Notes under the pieces: generated by a model
Seen by the model: only the letters and a program-made list of their open reading frames with translations
The model's database searches: none
Told to the model about the DNA's origin: nothing
Assembly: GCA_902569465.1 (NCBI GenBank)
Contig: CACFUE010000001.1
Coordinates: 800-64,799 of the forward strand
DNA length: 64,000 nucleotides
Source of the DNA: an uncultured Pelagibacteraceae bacterium
Lineage (GTDB): Bacteria > Pseudomonadota > Alphaproteobacteria > Pelagibacterales > Pelagibacteraceae
Direction of reading: 5' to 3'
Made by a program: the position numbers and the translations under genes
Shown: one piece after another, positions 45,131 to 55,851 of the stretch
Layout: every line of letters begins with the position of its first letter
Position numbering within the stretch: the first letter of the stretch is position 1

Positions 45131-47896
45131 ATGAGTTCAATAAAAAAAACAGACCATTTTTACTTAGTAGATGGCTCAGGGTATATCTTCAGAGCATATT
45201 ATGCCCTACCTCCACTTTCAAGAAAAAGTGATGGTCTACCAACTGGAGCTGTAAGTGGTTTTTGTTCTATGTTGTTTAAACTTTTAGAGGATGTCAGATC
45301 TGATGACTCTAAAAATAGGCCTACTCACTTTGCAGTAATTTTTGACTCTGCTAGGAAAAATTTCAGAAATGAAATTTATAGCGAGTATAAAGCAAATCGC
45401 GATGAAGCCCCTGATGATTTGGCACCACAATTTGAATATATTAGAAAATCAGTTAAAGCTTTTAATCTTCCATCAATAGAATTAATTAATTATGAAGCTG
45501 ATGATTTAATTGCTACTTATTCAAAAAAAATTACTGAGGCTGGTGCTAAAGTAACAGTAATATCATCTGACAAAGATTTAATGCAATTAGTTTCAACAAA
45601 GATCAGGCTATTTGATCCAATGAAAAGCAAAGTTATTGGAGAGAAAGAAGTTGAGGAAAAGTTCGGTGTGAAACCTAAGCAAGTAATAGATGTCCAGTCA
45701 CTAGCAGGAGACTCATCAGATAATATTCCAGGAGTACCAGGCATTGGAATTAAGATTGCAGCAGAGCTTATCAATAAATATAAAAATTTAGATACACTAC
45801 TTGATAAAGCCTTTGAAATTAAACAAAATAAAAGGAGAGAAACTTTAATAGCTAATAAGGATAAAGCTTTGCTAAGTAAAAAATTAGTAACTTTAAAAGA
45901 TGATGTTCCAATTAAAAATGATCCAAATGAATTTTTGATAAAAGAAATTGATAAAGATAAACTTTACACTTTTTTAAGAGATATGGAGTTTAATAGATTA
46001 TTAAGTCAAGCAATCAGTTTTTATGGCGAACCAGGAGAAAAAAAATTTAGTTCAGAAAATAAGTCATCAATAGGAACAAAAATTAGTACAAAACAATATA
46101 AAAAAATAATCCTTGAAAAAGATCTAGACAAATTAATAAAGGATTTAAATACCAAAAGCATTATTTCAGTGGATACAGAAACATCTTCATTAAACCCTCA
46201 AGAGGCCGAACTTATTGGTATTTCAGCAAGTTACGCGCCTAATAAGTCTTTTTATATACCTTTAGGACATAAAAACAATAAATGTTTAAGTAAAGATTTA
46301 GTTATTAAAAAAATAAAACCAATTTTGGAAGATCCAAGCATAAAAAAAGTGGGTCAAAATATAAAATATGATTATATAATATTTAAAAAATCTGGTGTCG
46401 AGTTAACTTCAATCGAAGATACAATGCTGCTTTCATATACATTAGATGCAGGAAATAATCGACATAACATGGATACTTTATCAGAATTACATCTTGGTCA
46501 TAAAACCATTACTTACAAGGAACTTGTAGGAACTGGAAAAAAACAATTAAAATTCTCAGAAGTAGATTTGGACAAAGCTACAGAATATGCAGCTGAAGAT
46601 GCAGATGTAACTTTAAGATTATATCAAATTTTGTATGAAAGAGTAGAAAAGGAAAAACTCAATAAAATTTATGAAATTTTTGAAAAACCTATGATTAAGA
46701 TTCTTTCTAAATTAGAAACCTGCGGGATCAAGGTAGATAATAACTATTTAAAAGTATTATCAAAAAAATTTGAGACAAGATTAATAAAAATAGAAAAAGA
46801 AATTTATAAAATTTCCGGAAAAGAATTCAATATTGGATCTCCTAAACAACTTGGTGAAATAATTTATAATGATCTTAAAATTGCAAAATTAAAAAAAACA
46901 AAAAAAGGTAGTCTGGCTACCAGTGCTAAAATATTGGAGGATTTGGCTTTGACGGGTCATAGATTTCCTAATTTAGTATTAGAATGGAGACAAGTTTCAA
47001 AGTTAAAAAGTACCTACACTGATGCTCTTCAAGATCATATTAATAAAGATACAAATAGAGTTCATACATCATTTCTTCTAGCAGCTACAAACACTGGTAG
47101 ATTAGCTTCTAGTGATCCAAACTTACAAAATATACCTATAAAAACTTCGGATGGAAAAGAAATAAGAAAGGCATTTGTTGCAGAAAAAAATAATATTTTA
47201 ATTTCTGCTGATTACAATCAAATTGAAATGAGAATTCTTGCTGATATGGCAGATGTTAAAGAATTAAAAAAAGCTTTTAAAGAAAATAAAGATATCCATA
47301 ATCTTACAGCAAGCCAAGTTTTTAACTTGCCAATGAATAAAGTTTCAGAGGACCAAAGAAGGAAAGCAAAAGCAATTAATTTTGGAATTATTTATGGCAT
47401 TACCCAATACGGTCTAGCTAAACAAATATCAGTGTCAAATGATGATGCTCAAAAATTTATAAATTCTTATTTTAAAAAATTTCCTGAAATAAAAGATTAT
47501 ATGCAAACAACTGTTAAAAGTTGTAGAAAGCAGGGATTTGTTACAAACATCTTCGGCAGGAGAATTCATTTAAGAGGCATTAATGATAAAAACTTTAGTG
47601 TAAGAAGCTTTCAAGAAAGAGCTGCGATCAATGCTCCGATACAAGGTTCTGCTGCAGATATAATTAGACTTGCAATGATTAAGATTGATAACACTTTGGA
47701 AAAAAACAAAATGGCAAAAATGTTACTTCAAATTCATGATGAACTAATTTTTGAATGTTCTATGAAAGATGAAAATAAAGTAAAAAAATTAATAAAAGAT
47801 GCAATGGTTTCGGTATCAAGTTCTGAACACCATATGTTTTCTATTCCTTTAGAGGTAAGTATTAATTCTGGAAATAATTGGGGAGAAGCACATTGA
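45131..47896 (+). CDS. polA: DNA polymerase I
   Basis: 5'-exo DGS...RAY, 3'-exo DTET, DYNQIEMR, KAINFGIIYG, HDE. Confidence 0.99.
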   Translation: MSSIKKTDHFYLVDGSGYIFRAYYALPPLSRKSDGLPTGAVSGFCSMLFKLLEDVRSDDSKNRPTHFAVIFDSARKNFRNEIYSEYKANRDEAPDDLAPQFEYIRKSVKAFNLPSIELINYEADDLIATYSKKITEAGAKVTVISSDKDLMQLVSTKIRLFDPMKSKVIGEKEVEEKFGVKPKQVIDVQSLAGDSSDNIPGVPGIGIKIAAELINKYKNLDTLLDKAFEIKQNKRRETLIANKDKALLSKKLVTLKDDVPIKNDPNEFLIKEIDKDKLYTFLRDMEFNRLLSQAISFYGEPGEKKFSSENKSSIGTKISTKQYKKIILEKDLDKLIKDLNTKSIISVDTETSSLNPQEAELIGISASYAPNKSFYIPLGHKNNKCLSKDLVIKKIKPILEDPSIKKVGQNIKYDYIIFKKSGVELTSIEDTMLLSYTLDAGNNRHNMDTLSELHLGHKTITYKELVGTGKKQLKFSEVDLDKATEYAAEDADVTLRLYQILYERVEKEKLNKIYEIFEKPMIKILSKLETCGIKVDNNYLKVLSKKFETRLIKIEKEIYKISGKEFNIGSPKQLGEIIYNDLKIAKLKKTKKGSLATSAKILEDLALTGHRFPNLVLEWRQVSKLKSTYTDALQDHINKDTNRVHTSFLLAATNTGRLASSDPNLQNIPIKTSDGKEIRKAFVAEKNNILISADYNQIEMRILADMADVKELKKAFKENKDIHNLTASQVFNLPMNKVSEDQRRKAKAINFGIIYGITQYGLAKQISVSNDDAQKFINSYFKKFPEIKDYMQTTVKSCRKQGFVTNIFGRRIHLRGINDKNFSVRSFQERAAINAPIQGSAADIIRLAMIKIDNTLEKNKMAKMLLQIHDELIFECSMKDENKVKKLIKDAMVSVSSSEHHMFSIPLEVSINSGNNWGEAH

Positions 47897-47935
47897 TCGC
47901 CTAAATTTTGACATTAAGATCATGAAAATGAAAGT

Positions 47936-48634
47936 ATGGCACACACAATAGCTCTAGTTGACGATGACAGAAACATACTTACCGGAATAAGTATGGCCTT
48001 AGAAAGAGAAGGTTTTAAAGTTCAAACTTATATTGACGGAGAATCTGCTTTAATTGGTCTAACAAGAAATCCTCCGGATTTAGCAGTTTTAGACATTAAA
48101 ATGCCGAGAATGGATGGTGAGGAGCTTTTAAAAAAGTTAAAGAAGAAAATGTCAATTCCAATAATTTTTTTAACATCAAAAGATGAAGAAGTAGATGAAT
48201 TGCTAGGGTTAAAACTAGGAGCAGACGACTTTGTGAAGAAATCTGGAGGATTTTCAACGAAAGTCTTAATTGAGAGAATTAGAGTCCAATTAAGAAAAAA
48301 AAATAATGTTACTGATGATACAAAAAATATAATTACTCATGGAAAACTAAAGTTAGACCCAGCCCAATTAGAATGCGAATGGGCTGGAAAACCTTTGCCA
48401 GATAAGTTGACAACTACAGAATTTTTAATAGTTAAAGAGTTAGCAAAGAGACCAGGAGTTATTAAAGAAAGAGCACATTTAATGGACATCGCATATAAAG
48501 AAAATACTGAAATTGAAGATAGAACTATTGATAGTCACGTTAAAAGAATAAGGAAAAAGTTCAAAAAAGTAGATGAAAAGTTTTCAGCAATTGAAACTAG
48601 ATATGGAAGCGGGTATAGATGGAATGTTAGTTAA
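47936..48634 (+). CDS. chvI: OmpR-family response regulator ChvI
   Basis: IALVDDDRNI, DIKMPRMDG, FLTSKDEE, RTIDSHVKR; paired with the next kinase. Confidence 0.92.
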   Translation: MAHTIALVDDDRNILTGISMALEREGFKVQTYIDGESALIGLTRNPPDLAVLDIKMPRMDGEELLKKLKKKMSIPIIFLTSKDEEVDELLGLKLGADDFVKKSGGFSTKVLIERIRVQLRKKNNVTDDTKNIITHGKLKLDPAQLECEWAGKPLPDKLTTTEFLIVKELAKRPGVIKERAHLMDIAYKENTEIEDRTIDSHVKRIRKKFKKVDEKFSAIETRYGSGYRWNVS

Positions 48635-50154
48635 TGAAACCAAAAAAAACAGCATCAATTCTTAAAAAATTTTTATTATTTAATTTAACTACATTTTCTA
48701 TATTAGGATTATTTACAATATTTTATCTAAAAGCTATTCAGCCCAACTTGGTAAAAAAAAGAGCAGTTGATCATAAAATTATTATTAGCAATACAATAGA
48801 CCACTTAAAAAGACTTAATGTAAATTACAGCGAGGACGGAATTCGAACATTTTTGCTATCTACAAGATTTTTATTTCAAAGCTTAGATAGAGTGCAATTT
48901 TACGATTTATCAGGGAATCTCATTGGAGATACAAATATTTTAGACTTAGATCAAAACGTTTTTTCGAGATCCGACATCATTATTGAGGAGACTATTGGCG
49001 GCAAACAGTCACTTAATGAAACTTCTATGGTAAAATCAAATGATAAAAGCGATGATTCTCTTAAGAACATCTTACAACAATATAAGGGCACTCCACTCAC
49101 ATTATCTGAGGTCAACAAAAATGATTTTTTTGTTAAAACTTTGAGTGAAATAAATCTTAAAGATCAAAATATTGGTTTTATATTAGTTTCAGAACAAGCA
49201 AACGATATAGTTAACGCTGTAAAAGAGAGGAAAGATTTTATTATAAGAACTGTTTTTGCAGTAGCACTTGTAATTTTAATTTTTTCAATGTTTCTCAATA
49301 AATATATTCTTAAACCTATCGGTCTCCTAGTTAAATATAGTGACTCTATTAAAAAGAAGTCCTCTGAGAGTATTAGTATAAAAAAAGTTTTTGTTAGAGA
49401 TGATGAAATTGGAAAGCTCACAATGTCAATTGATGAAATGACAAAAGAATTACAACATAGAACAACCAGAGCTGAAACATTTTCAAATGATCTAGCCCAT
49501 GAGATAAGAAACCCACTCGCATCTCTTAAAAGCGCCTCTGAACTTCTTGATAAAACAACTGAGAAAAAGGAAAGTGAAAAACTTTTAAAAATAATAAACC
49601 ATGACGTAGAACGAATAGAAAGATTGATTACTGATTACTCTCAAATGCTTAAAGATGAGGCTTCTCTATCAAGAGAAAAAATGAGTAAGATTAATTTAAT
49701 TGAAGTAATTAATAATGTCGTAGAGGATTTTAAACAAGATTTGAGCAACCAAAATAAAAAAATTGAAATAAAGATTAAGGAAAAGATAAGTTCAAAAAAC
49801 GGAAAGTATATTTTGGGAATAGAAAATAGGCTAGAACAGGTAATAGCAAATTTATTAGATAATTCTATTTCTTTTAGTCAAAATAATCAAAAAATTGAAA
49901 TCAGTATAGCGGAGACAACAAAAAATCTCGTTATGACAATTAAAGATGAGGGACCTGGATTTTCAGAGACCTCCCCTCAAAAAATATTTAAGAGATTTTA
50001 TAGTAATAGACCCAAAAGCTTTGGAAAGCATTCAGGTCTTGGCCTTAATATTGTTAAGAATATAGTCGAACTGCATAAAGGCACTATAGCCGCATCAAAT
50101 AGATTAAATACTAAAGGAGCTCAAGTAGAAGTATTGCTTCCAAAATTTTCTTAG
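48634..50154 (+). CDS. chvG: Sensor histidine kinase ChvG
   Basis: Two TMs, HAMP (RDDEIG), AHEIRNPL, FKRFYSNRP, SGLGL; chvI-chvG-ahcY synteny. Confidence 0.9.
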   Translation: MKPKKTASILKKFLLFNLTTFSILGLFTIFYLKAIQPNLVKKRAVDHKIIISNTIDHLKRLNVNYSEDGIRTFLLSTRFLFQSLDRVQFYDLSGNLIGDTNILDLDQNVFSRSDIIIEETIGGKQSLNETSMVKSNDKSDDSLKNILQQYKGTPLTLSEVNKNDFFVKTLSEINLKDQNIGFILVSEQANDIVNAVKERKDFIIRTVFAVALVILIFSMFLNKYILKPIGLLVKYSDSIKKKSSESISIKKVFVRDDEIGKLTMSIDEMTKELQHRTTRAETFSNDLAHEIRNPLASLKSASELLDKTTEKKESEKLLKIINHDVERIERLITDYSQMLKDEASLSREKMSKINLIEVINNVVEDFKQDLSNQNKKIEIKIKEKISSKNGKYILGIENRLEQVIANLLDNSISFSQNNQKIEISIAETTKNLVMTIKDEGPGFSETSPQKIFKRFYSNRPKSFGKHSGLGLNIVKNIVELHKGTIAASNRLNTKGAQVEVLLPKFS

Positions 50155-50202
50155 TGATCTTTCTTGATAAGATAGGTTTATATTGATATTAACGATTTCA
50201 AA

Positions 50203-51492
50203 ATGGAAAAAGATTATAAAGTAAAAGATATAAGTTTAGCTGATTTCGGTAGGAAAGAAATTTCTTTAGCTGAAACTGAAATGCCTGGATTAATGGCATT
50301 AAGAAAAGAATATAAAGGAAAAAAACCGTTAAAGGGTGCTAGAATTTTAGGTTGTTTACATATGACGATCCAAACAGCCGTTCTAATAGAGACATTAGTT
50401 GACCTTGGTGCCGAGGTAAGATGGTCATCATGTAATATTTTTTCTACTCAGGATCATGCTGCTGCTGCAATAGCTAAGGCAGGTATACCAGTATTTGCTT
50501 GGAAAGGAGAAACAGAGGATGAATATTGGTGGTGTGTTAAGCAAACAATTGTAGGTAAGCAAAATTGGAAACCTAATATGATTTTAGATGATGGAGGAGA
50601 TTTAACAGGTTTAATGCATAAAGACTATAAGGACATGTTAAAAGAAGTTAAAGGTGTTTCTGAAGAAACGACTACTGGTGTGTTAGCCCTAAAAAAAATG
50701 GAGTCAAATAATCAATTGCTCATACCAGCATTCAATGTGAATGACTCTGTAACAAAATCAAAATTCGATAATCTATATGGCTGTCGAGAAAGTTTGGTTG
50801 ATGGTATTAAAAGAGCAACAGATTTAATGATGTCAGGTAAAGTTGCAATTGTTGCAGGCTTTGGAGATGTAGGAAAAGGAAGTGCTGCTTCTTTACGTCA
50901 GGCAGGCGCTAGGGTTATGGTTACTGAAACAGATCCAATATGTGCATTACAAGCAGCCATGGAAGGTTACGAAGTTGTCTTAATGGAAGATGCTATTAAA
51001 CAAGCAGATATCGTTGTCACAGCCACTGGTAACAAAGATATTGTTACGGCTGATCACATGAGAAATATGAAGGATAGAGCTATTTTATGTAACATTGGTC
51101 ACTTCGATAATGAAATTCAAGTCGAAGCATTAAAAAATTACAAATGGGATGAAATTAAACCACAAGTTCATGAAATAGAATTACCTAGTAAGAAAAGGAT
51201 CATACTTTTAGCCGAGGGCAGATTGGTTAATTTGGGTTGTGCTACTGGACATCCTAGTTTTGTTATGAGTGCTTCATTTACAAACCAAGTAATTGCACAA
51301 ATTGAGTTATGGAATAATTCAAGTAAATATGAGAATAAAGTTTACGTTTTACCGAAACATCTTGATGAAAAAGTTGCAATGCTTCATTTAGAAAAAGTTG
51401 GTGCAAAATTAACAAAAATGTCAAAAGAACAAGCCGATTATATCAGCGTTAAACCATCAGGACCTTTTAAGCCGGATACTTATCGCTACTAA
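50203..51492 (+). CDS. ahcY: Adenosylhomocysteinase
   Basis: [35 protein letters not shown]. Confidence 0.99.
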   Translation: MEKDYKVKDISLADFGRKEISLAETEMPGLMALRKEYKGKKPLKGARILGCLHMTIQTAVLIETLVDLGAEVRWSSCNIFSTQDHAAAAIAKAGIPVFAWKGETEDEYWWCVKQTIVGKQNWKPNMILDDGGDLTGLMHKDYKDMLKEVKGVSEETTTGVLALKKMESNNQLLIPAFNVNDSVTKSKFDNLYGCRESLVDGIKRATDLMMSGKVAIVAGFGDVGKGSAASLRQAGARVMVTETDPICALQAAMEGYEVVLMEDAIKQADIVVTATGNKDIVTADHMRNMKDRAILCNIGHFDNEIQVEALKNYKWDEIKPQVHEIELPSKKRIILLAEGRLVNLGCATGHPSFVMSASFTNQVIAQIELWNNSSKYENKVYVLPKHLDEKVAMLHLEKVGAKLTKMSKEQADYISVKPSGPFKPDTYRY

Positions 51493-51501
51493 TAGTAGCT
51501 A

Positions 51502-51954
51502 ATGATTGTTAAATCCTTAGAGCATTTAAACAAAATTTCAAAAAAAATTTCACAAAAATTAGAAAATGGAGATTGCATTTTTTTAATTGGTGAAATTGGT
51601 GTCGGAAAAACTACGCTCACAAGACATTTAATTAATAATATGCAAAGCCAAAAAGGACTTAAAAGGACCGAAGTGCTGAGTCCTACATTTAACTTACTTT
51701 ATGAATATGAAATAGAAGATCTAAAAATTATGCATTATGATCTTTATCGAATAAAAAAACCCAAGGAACTAATACATCTTGGTATTTTTTCTGAAAATGA
51801 AAAAACAATTAAAATTGTAGAATGGCCAGACTTAATTAAAACACCATTGACCAATAAACTAGAAATTCATTTAGAGTATGGAAAGAATGATAATGAAAGA
51901 AAAATGAAGATATATGGACTAGGTAAATGGAAAGATTTTGAAAATGAAATATAA
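51502..51954 (+). CDS. tsaE: t6A biosynthesis ATPase TsaE
   Basis: GEIGVGKT, SPTF, HYDLYR, VEW. Confidence 0.95.
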   Translation: MIVKSLEHLNKISKKISQKLENGDCIFLIGEIGVGKTTLTRHLINNMQSQKGLKRTEVLSPTFNLLYEYEIEDLKIMHYDLYRIKKPKELIHLGIFSENEKTIKIVEWPDLIKTPLTNKLEIHLEYGKNDNERKMKIYGLGKWKDFENEI

Positions 51955-52906
51955 TTTAAAAAAAATTTCAGGAGATGCTTCTTTAAGAGAATTTTATAGA
52001 TTAAAAAAAAAGAATAAATCTTCAATCATTGTATCGGCTAAAAAAGAAAAATTTAAAAATCTTGCGGTATATGCAGTGATTAATAATGTGCTTACCAATA
52101 ATAGGATTAATGCTCCAAAATTATTAAGTAACCATTATAAAAACGATATGATAGAGATATCTGATTTAGGAGAAAAATCTTTCCACGATCACGTAATTTC
52201 TAAAAAAAATAAACTTAAAAGCTATAAATTATTGATTAAATTACTAATAAAAATACAAAAAATAAAAGTTAAAAAATATTATAAATTTCAAAATTTTAAA
52301 ATCAAAATACCAAAATATACATTATCAAATCTTCATAAAGAATCAGATTTGTTCTTTGATTGGTATTTAAAATATTTCATCAGTAATAGAAAAATTAGTA
52401 AGATTAAGAAAATTCTAAGATATGAGTTAAATAAAGTTTATAAAAAACTTAGTTATAAAAATGATACTTTTGTGCATAGAGATTTTCATATTTCAAATGT
52501 AATGATAAATAAAAATAGATTAGGAATAATTGATAGCCAAGATGCAATTATTGGAAATCCTTTGTATGATGTATCATCTTTAATTGATGATGTGAGGATA
52601 AAATTATCAAATAAGCTACAAAATCAACTTTTAAATTTTTATCATAAGAATTCAAAACTTAAGAAAGATCCAATTAAAAAAATTAAAAATGATTTTGATA
52701 TTTTGTCAATCCAAAGAAATTTAAAAATATTAGGAATATTTGTACGTTTATACAAAAGAGATAATAAAGACAATTATCTTAAATTTTTACCTTATACATG
52801 GATGCTTATTGAGAAAAGATTACAAAACCCAGCTCTTAAGAATTTAAAAATATTATTTTATAAACACCTATCAATCAAAAAATTGAAAAAATTTAACAAA
52901 TTATGA
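51944..52906 (+). CDS. amgK: Anomeric MurNAc/GlcNAc kinase (AmgK-like phosphotransferase)
   Basis: GDASLREFYR, HRDFH, IDSQDA, QRNLKILGIFVRL; tsaE-amgK-murU order. Confidence 0.82.
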   Translation: MKYNLKKISGDASLREFYRLKKKNKSSIIVSAKKEKFKNLAVYAVINNVLTNNRINAPKLLSNHYKNDMIEISDLGEKSFHDHVISKKNKLKSYKLLIKLLIKIQKIKVKKYYKFQNFKIKIPKYTLSNLHKESDLFFDWYLKYFISNRKISKIKKILRYELNKVYKKLSYKNDTFVHRDFHISNVMINKNRLGIIDSQDAIIGNPLYDVSSLIDDVRIKLSNKLQNQLLNFYHKNSKLKKDPIKKIKNDFDILSIQRNLKILGIFVRLYKRDNKDNYLKFLPYTWMLIEKRLQNPALKNLKILFYKHLSIKKLKKFNKL

Positions 52907-53601
52907 AAATTAAATATGGGATGATTTTGGCGGCAGGATTAGGAACGAGAATGCATCCTTTAACGCTTAAAACTCCAAAGCCATTATTGGAGATAAATAA
53001 CTCCTCTTTATTAGAGAGAGCGATAAATTTGTTAATCAGCCATGGTGTGCAAGAAATAAATATTAATGTTCATTACCTTCCTGATCAAATTTATACATTC
53101 ATAAATGATAAAAAATTTCAAGTTAAGATTACAATTTCTAGTGAAGAAAACTTACTACTAGACACAGGTGGAGGTGTTCTTAAAGGTACACAAAATTTTG
53201 GTGACGATCCATTTTTTGTAGTTAATCCAGATACTGTTTGGAGTAAACATTACCTAGAGGAATTGAAGAGGCTTGAAGCAATGTATTTTAAAAATAATAA
53301 ACCAACCTTGCTTCTTGTTAAAAAAAAATTATCAATTGACCCATCTTTTAAGGGAGATTTTAATTTAAATAATGAAAAAATTTCAAAGGATGATGAAAAT
53401 CAATTTATTTTTACTGGGTTACAAATTACTAATAGAAGTGTTTTGATTACTGAAAAAACAGAAGTTTTTTCAATGAACAAAATATGGGGTAAGCTAATAA
53501 AAGAAAAAAACCTACAAGGTTTAGAAAGCAATCAAAAGTTTTATCACCTTAATACTTTTGATATGTATAAGAAAATCTTAAGTCTTAATATTACTGATTA
53601 A
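52903..53601 (+). CDS. murU: MurU-like nucleotidyltransferase
   Basis: LAAGLGTRM, PKPL, LDTGGG; follows amgK. Confidence 0.8.
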   Translation: MKIKYGMILAAGLGTRMHPLTLKTPKPLLEINNSSLLERAINLLISHGVQEININVHYLPDQIYTFINDKKFQVKITISSEENLLLDTGGGVLKGTQNFGDDPFFVVNPDTVWSKHYLEELKRLEAMYFKNNKPTLLLVKKKLSIDPSFKGDFNLNNEKISKDDENQFIFTGLQITNRSVLITEKTEVFSMNKIWGKLIKEKNLQGLESNQKFYHLNTFDMYKKILSLNITD

Positions 53602-54310
53602 AAAAAATATCTTTAGCTCTTGACTTATCTAAATAATAATATTTTTCAACTTTTAAATTATCTCCAAATTCAATAATCAAAGGATTACCTGTTGGTATTT
53701 CCAATTCGTTAATTTTTGTATTTGAAATATTGAATAAATATTTACATAAAGCTCTAAGGGAGTTTCCATGCGCTGAAATTAAAACATTTTTATTTTCTAT
53801 AAGGTTTTTTTTAATTTCATTTTTATAAAAGGGCACTACCCTGTCAAAAGTATTTTTTAAAGACTCTGTAAACGGTTTCATACCTGTAGGTATACTAGCA
53901 TTTAGTGGACTGAACAAATTTTGGTACTCACTTTTTTCTTCCATTGGAGGAGGAGCTATATCCCAAGACCTCCTATATTTTTTGAACTGCTCTTCACCAA
54001 TTTTATTCTTAGTCTCTTCTTTATTTAAACCTGTTAAAGAACCGTAGTGTCTCTCATTAAGTTGCCAAGCAGTATTAAATTTAAGTTCTAAGTTATTTTT
54101 TTGAAGTATTGTTGTAAGAGTTTTAATCGCTCTTTTTAAATACGATGTATAAGAAATATCTATTTTAATATTTAAATCTTTTATAATTTGACCAGATTTT
54201 TCCGCCTCTAAGATTCCTTTATTGGATAGATCTACATCTACCCAACCTGTAAACCTGTTTTCTGCATTCCAAACACTTTGACCATGCCTTGTGAGAATTA
54301 ATTTAGTCAT
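53591..54310 (-). CDS. gpmA: 2,3-BPG-dependent phosphoglycerate mutase
   Basis: RHGQS, FTGW, LNERHYG, AHGNSLR. Confidence 0.97.
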   Translation of the reverse strand: MTKLILTRHGQSVWNAENRFTGWVDVDLSNKGILEAEKSGQIIKDLNIKIDISYTSYLKRAIKTLTTILQKNNLELKFNTAWQLNERHYGSLTGLNKEETKNKIGEEQFKKYRRSWDIAPPPMEEKSEYQNLFSPLNASIPTGMKPFTESLKNTFDRVVPFYKNEIKKNLIENKNVLISAHGNSLRALCKYLFNISNTKINELEIPTGNPLIIEFGDNLKVEKYYYLDKSRAKDIFFNQ

Positions 54311-54329
54311 AATAGTTAAATAAGCTATT

Positions 54330-54746
54330 ATGTACTATATTAAATCGATAATGAAAAATACTATATTTAGATTAACAGAGTGTATTTATTATTTCTCTTT
54401 ATTAGTTTTAATAATTCTCTATTTATTTCCTGGAAGCTTGATAGGGTATTTTTTATACGGAAACTTGGGCCAACAACCTAATTTAATAACAAATCCAATC
54501 GGTACATCAATTAACCATTTAATTTTTTTTTCTTATATTACTTCATTAGCAATTATAGTACGATTTAGAGTTAAAAATATTTTCACTAGCTTCAAAGTTA
54601 TTTTATTTACTTCTGGAATTTTAGAAATTTTACACTTTGTAGTTCCTAACAGGGCTTTTGAATTGTATGATTTGGTAGCTAACATTACCGGAGTAACTAT
54701 AGTATTATTAATCAATAGTTTAATAAAATGGCGAAAATATCTTTAA
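54330..54746 (+). CDS. Small membrane protein, VanZ-like
   Basis: EILHFVVPNRAFELYDLVANITG matches the VanZ-type E...P.R....D...N..G pattern; start may be 54351. Confidence 0.6.
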   Translation: MYYIKSIMKNTIFRLTECIYYFSLLVLIILYLFPGSLIGYFLYGNLGQQPNLITNPIGTSINHLIFFSYITSLAIIVRFRVKNIFTSFKVILFTSGILEILHFVVPNRAFELYDLVANITGVTIVLLINSLIKWRKYL

Positions 54747-55231
54747 TATTTGTTATAACATTTTTTTTTAGTCAAACATTAATTTGTGAGGAAATATTTG
54801 GAACACCAAAAATAATCGATGGAGATACTGTACATATTTACAGTAAAAAGATAAGACTAGAGGGTATTGATGCCCCGGAGATCAAACAACAATGCAAAAA
54901 ACCTTTCATAAAAATTTCATCAGTTATTGGCTTTCAATTCAATAAAAATTATTCATGTGGAGTTATGGCAAAAATAAAATTAATAGATAAAATTGATAAT
55001 TCAAAAGTAAAATGTATCTCTTCGTCTAAAGATAGGTATAAAAGGTTTATAGCTACTTGTTATATAGATAAGATTAATCTTAATAAATGGATGGTAAGAA
55101 ATGGTTATGCAGTAGCATATAAAAGATATTCAAAAGCATATGTTAGAGATGAAGAGTACGCAAAAGAAAATCAGCTGGGTATATGGAAAGGGACTTTTAT
55201 AACGCCAGAAAAGTGGAGAAAGCTTAATTAA
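54728..55231 (+). CDS. Exported thermonuclease (SNase-like)
   Basis: DGDT, IRLEGIDAPE, DRYKR, GIW...PEKWR; signal peptide. Confidence 0.9.
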   Translation: MAKISLIFVITFFFSQTLICEEIFGTPKIIDGDTVHIYSKKIRLEGIDAPEIKQQCKKPFIKISSVIGFQFNKNYSCGVMAKIKLIDKIDNSKVKCISSSKDRYKRFIATCYIDKINLNKWMVRNGYAVAYKRYSKAYVRDEEYAKENQLGIWKGTFITPEKWRKLN

Positions 55232-55251
55232 TTTTTAGTATAAATTGATGA

Positions 55252-55851
55252 GTGATTCATTTTAAAAAAATTATATTACTTTTAATTTTATCAATTCTTT
55301 GCGCCTGTTCTTCAATCCCTAAAAATACCCAAAATAGCTGTGCAATATTTGAAGAACGATATCTGTGGTACAAACATGCAAAAGCCTCGTACAAAAAGTG
55401 GGGAGCTCCTATTCATTTACAATTAGCCTTTGTCAAAAAAGAAAGCGATTTTGATTGGTTAGCTAAGCCACCGAGAAAAAAATTATTTAAAGTCATACCT
55501 TTTAAAAGACCCTCAAGTTCATTTGGTTATTCTCAAGCAGTGAAAGGAACATGGGAACAATATAAAAGAGAGACTGATAGCCCTTTAGCAACAAGAGCAA
55601 GGTTTAAAGACTCAGTCGATTTTATTGGCTGGTATATTCATAAAACTAATAAAATTTTAAAAATTTCTAAGAAAGATGCTTTTAAACAATATTTAGCTTA
55701 TTACAAAGGTTGGGGTGATTATAAAAATTATTCTAAAGATAAGAAGGCTATAATATATGCAAAATCAGTAAAGGATATGGCTAATAAATATAGAAAACAA
55801 CTAACACTTTGTAAAAAAAATTTAGATAAAAATAAGTATATTATTTTTTAA
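55252..55851 (+). CDS. Lipoprotein with transglycosylase SLT-like fold
   Basis: Lipobox LCAC; KES, SSFGYSQA, YLAY. Confidence 0.75.
   Translation: MIHFKKIILLLILSILCACSSIPKNTQNSCAIFEERYLWYKHAKASYKKWGAPIHLQLAFVKKESDFDWLAKPPRKKLFKVIPFKRPSSSFGYSQAVKGTWEQYKRETDSPLATRARFKDSVDFIGWYIHKTNKILKISKKDAFKQYLAYYKGWGDYKNYSKDKKAIIYAKSVKDMANKYRKQLTLCKKNLDKNKYIIF

Noticed and set aside
50155-50202. SAM/SAH riboswitch before ahcY (or before metK)
   Set aside because: The spacer is 48 nt, AT-rich and filled by a promoter-like TTGATA-N17-TATTAA; metK overlaps lnt and has no leader.
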